DNA from: the human T2T-CHM13v2.0 reference genome, Homo sapiens
Strand: one strand, 5' to 3'
Assembly (NCBI RefSeq): GCF_009914755.1
Contig: NC_060931.1
Length of the DNA stretch: 64,000 nucleotides
The notes under the pieces are model-generated. The model ran no database searches. It worked only from the letters and a program-made list of their open reading frames with translations, and had not been told where the DNA came from. Of the stretch, positions 60,953-64,000 are shown piece after piece; the stretch's first letter is position 1; every line of letters starts with the position of its first letter. Both the position numbers and the translations under genes were made by a program.

Positions 60953-62085
60953 CTGTAAGGCAATGAGGAGAGTTGAGGGCCCAGACCAGGCTAGGGGCCA
61001 TCCCCTTTCCCGAGCAGGCCTCAGGGAAGGACCAGCCCCATTCCCATCTGACCTAGGTCTTAGCCCAGGAGCCTGCATAGGGAAGAAAGGACAGACAGGG
61101 CCTCCTTACTGGCTGACACTCAGGAGGGGCTGGGGCAAGAGAGCAGAGGGAGCGCAGGGCCAGGCAGGGGCTGCTGAGGATCCATGGGAGCTCAGGGTGC
61201 ACAAGGGGGCTGCCCTTCCTGGGCTGCAGGCAGCATCCCCTATGGGAGCTGAGAAAGTCCAATCCTGAGATGGGACAGTGCTGCCCAGGGGTGTGTGGCT
61301 GGGCCCTGACAACAGTCTCCCCAAAAGTGACCACATCACCAGGCTCAGTTCCAGGAAGGCTGAGAAGTGCCCAGTACACTGAGGATGCACCTCAGTTACA
61401 TAAAATAAATGAAACTGGAGTACTAACGTACAGTTTAAAGGTTATAGTTACTATTTTTATATGATATACTAGTAATTTTTGAATAGGGTAAACTTTAGGT
61501 GTTTTGACACCAAAAGAAAACTACATGAGTTCATGCATGTGTTAAATTGCTTTACTGTAGTAATCATTTACATGTATATGTATATATGAATATAATTATG
61601 GGCTCATTAAATTTAAATATTATAAATAGGTGACAAAGAATAAAGTTAACTGGAAAACTGTGTCATTAGACTTGATTTTGCCTAAATGACAAACTGAAGG
61701 TACCTCCTAAGTATTAATATTTGTACATCACATAAATTTCATATATTGGAAATATGTTTACAGAAAAGGAATTATAAATTTTAATACACACAAAATGATG
61801 CAGTAAATGCAAAATGGTGGAAAGAGACGAAAATCTGATTAATCAGAGTGGTTAATTCTTAGATATAATTAATGATGTGTTAGGTATAATTTCAAGACAT
61901 ATACATGTAGATTTAATACCAAAGAGTTCACTGTGTACACAGAGATTAATTAAATGAAAAATTGATACATTTACAATGATATTAATCGATTTTAAAATGA
62001 TCACAGAAATCAACTGTCTGGTATAGAAAAAATAAGGAGTGTTAAGTAATTATTAGAAAGTTTGAAACTAAAAAAAAAAAAAAAA

Positions 62086-62429
<344 letters not shown>

Positions 62430-62679
62430 TTATTAGAAAGTTAATCAAGTGGAAAAGTGATCAGCATTTTGGAGCACTAAACACAGGATGGACAAAATTT
62501 TCTAATACCAAGAAAATCATTTAATATTGCAAGGTTTTAAATCTAAATTAGTGTCTTTAACTTCACAAAGGCAGAAATCCTATAAGCAATGTTTCTTTAA
62601 CACTGTAAAATGACAATAAAAATTAAAGTAACAAGTAACATGTAGCCACATGCAAATTTCCTTTCAGATTGTTGTATTT

Positions 62680-62840
62680 TTTTTTTTTATTTTAGGTGAA
62701 TTTTTATTTCAACAGGTTTTTGGGGAAGAGGTTGTGTTTGGTTACAGGGATAAGTTTTTTAGTGGTGATTTCTGAGATGTTGGTGCACCCATCACCCAAG
62801 CAGTGTACAGTGTACTCAATGCATAGTCTTTTATCCCTAA
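62680..62840 (-). mobile_element. L1PB-type 3' fragment
   Basis: 'ggtttttggggaagaggttgtgtttggttac...tagtggtgatttctgagatgttggtgcacccatcaccc'. Confidence 0.7.
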
Positions 62841-63718
62841 GATTGTTTTAAATGACATCTAGATTAAACCGAACATTCAAACTGAGATTACTTTTACAGC
62901 ACTAGAGAAATGCTAAGGAGGAAGTTTCATGACTGAAACCAAAAGACCTGAATTTATATATTTAACTCTACTAACTAACATTCTTTATTTTATAAAAGAA
63001 CAGCAATTCTGCCCACGTACAGGAGTTATGCATTAAAGTGGAGCATGATCACTTCAGACATTTGTCTGAAACATAAAAATTCTTCCAAGTATTAAGAAAA
63101 TATTTAAACTTCACAGATAATGTTAGTGTATAATACATGGGCATTGAATAAGAAAAATTAAAATTTCTCATGTGGCACTGTTCTACACAAAATATTTATG
63201 TAAACATTTTTACTCATAACACGTGTGTACATTGGATGTTTTAGTACAGAATAACATATTCTCAAAGGTCATTTAATGTAGTAACTTAAAAATCTTTAAA
63301 TTTTACAAGAATTCTAAAACTGCCCAGCAGAACGGATAGAAAAATATGGGAACTTCCCACGACTAGAAGTGAATCAGGAGGCAAATTAACAGTCATGAAA
63401 GCGAGAAGTTAGAGCCGCCTTCAGAGACAGCTCTGATTGCAGGGCTGATTACACAGACCTTAAACCTGTGAGGATCGTCCACTCTGCCCCTTGGAATAAC
63501 AGAGAAAATTGCTAACCAGGGCCATCCCAAATGTGAGACTGCAAGGTAAGAACTAAATTGTAAATTATGAAGCACACAAAATAAGCTACCCAAAAAAGGG
63601 AAAGAAGAAATTATACATCACATAAACTTCATAGATTGGAAACATATTTAAAATAATTCAGTAACACAAATGGGGAAAGAGAATATCAAAATAATTTTGA
63701 AAACACATGAAGTTCTAA

Positions 63719-64000
63719 AGCGGGCACTGGGGGCTGTGGCTCATGCCTGTACTCCCAAGCACTTTGCGGCAGCCAAGGCAAGAAGATCACTTGAGGCCAG
63801 GAGTTTGAGACCAGCTTGGGCAACAAAGCAAAAGCTGTCTCTACAATAAATAGATATAAAAAAAATAAGCCAGGCACAGTGGTGTGTGCCTGTAGTGTTA
63901 GGTACTGGGGAGGTGGAGGTGAGAGGATCTCTTGAGACGAGGAATTTGAGGTTGCAGTGAGCTATGATCAGCACTGAACTCAAGCCTGGATGACAGAGAG
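63719..64000 (+). mobile_element. AluJ-like (runs off the window)
   Basis: Diverged Alu dimer. Confidence 0.85.

Larger units (their letters stand above)
55600..61400 (-). pseudogene. Unprocessed TBC1D3/TBC1D26/USP6NL-family (Rab-GAP TBC domain) pseudogene, 5'-truncated and internally deleted
   Basis: Eight collinear exons whose peptides and lengths match the recalled TBC1D3 exon series. They carry stops, frameshifts and mutated splice sites. The 3' boundary is approximate. Confidence 0.9.

Noticed and set aside
60867-61464. Plus-strand ORFs of 133 aa and 64 aa
   Set aside because: Antisense to TBC pseudogene exon and intron sequence; better explained as chance GC-rich frames.
63395-63546. 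Exon-like segment ending GCAAG|gtaaga
   Set aside because: Good donor, but no convincing acceptor, frame or homology.

Overview
Primate (almost certainly human) genomic DNA with about 48 Alu copies, L1s of several ages, and LTR and DNA-transposon relics. I find no intact protein-coding gene, no RNA gene and no CRISPR array. Under the repeats are several decayed or orphan elements. (1) A minus-strand ZNF91-type KRAB-zinc-finger promoter and first exon (~12.2-12.95 kb), joined through an Alu straight onto last-intron sequence, so its KRAB exons are gone. (2) A divergently oriented paralogous plus-strand C2H2-ZNF pseudogene exon (30630-~33110) with internally amplified fingers and no KRAB exons or promoter visible. 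(3) A minus-strand retroposed 3'-UTR-like fragment with ~100-bp flanking duplications (10.5-11.55 kb). (4) A degraded class III (ERVL/HERV-S-like) provirus with a tRNA-Ser primer-binding site (38.4-41.3 kb). (5) An orphan CpG-island promoter with five ZNF143-type motifs (47.65-48.9 kb). (6) An unprocessed, 5'-truncated, internally deleted TBC1D3/TBC1D26/USP6NL-family pseudogene on the minus strand (~55.6-61.4 kb), eight exons of which can be read out. Reference protein and repeat comparisons are from memory, not from searches. Repeat boundaries and subfamilies are approximate, and I cannot assign the chromosomal locus with confidence.
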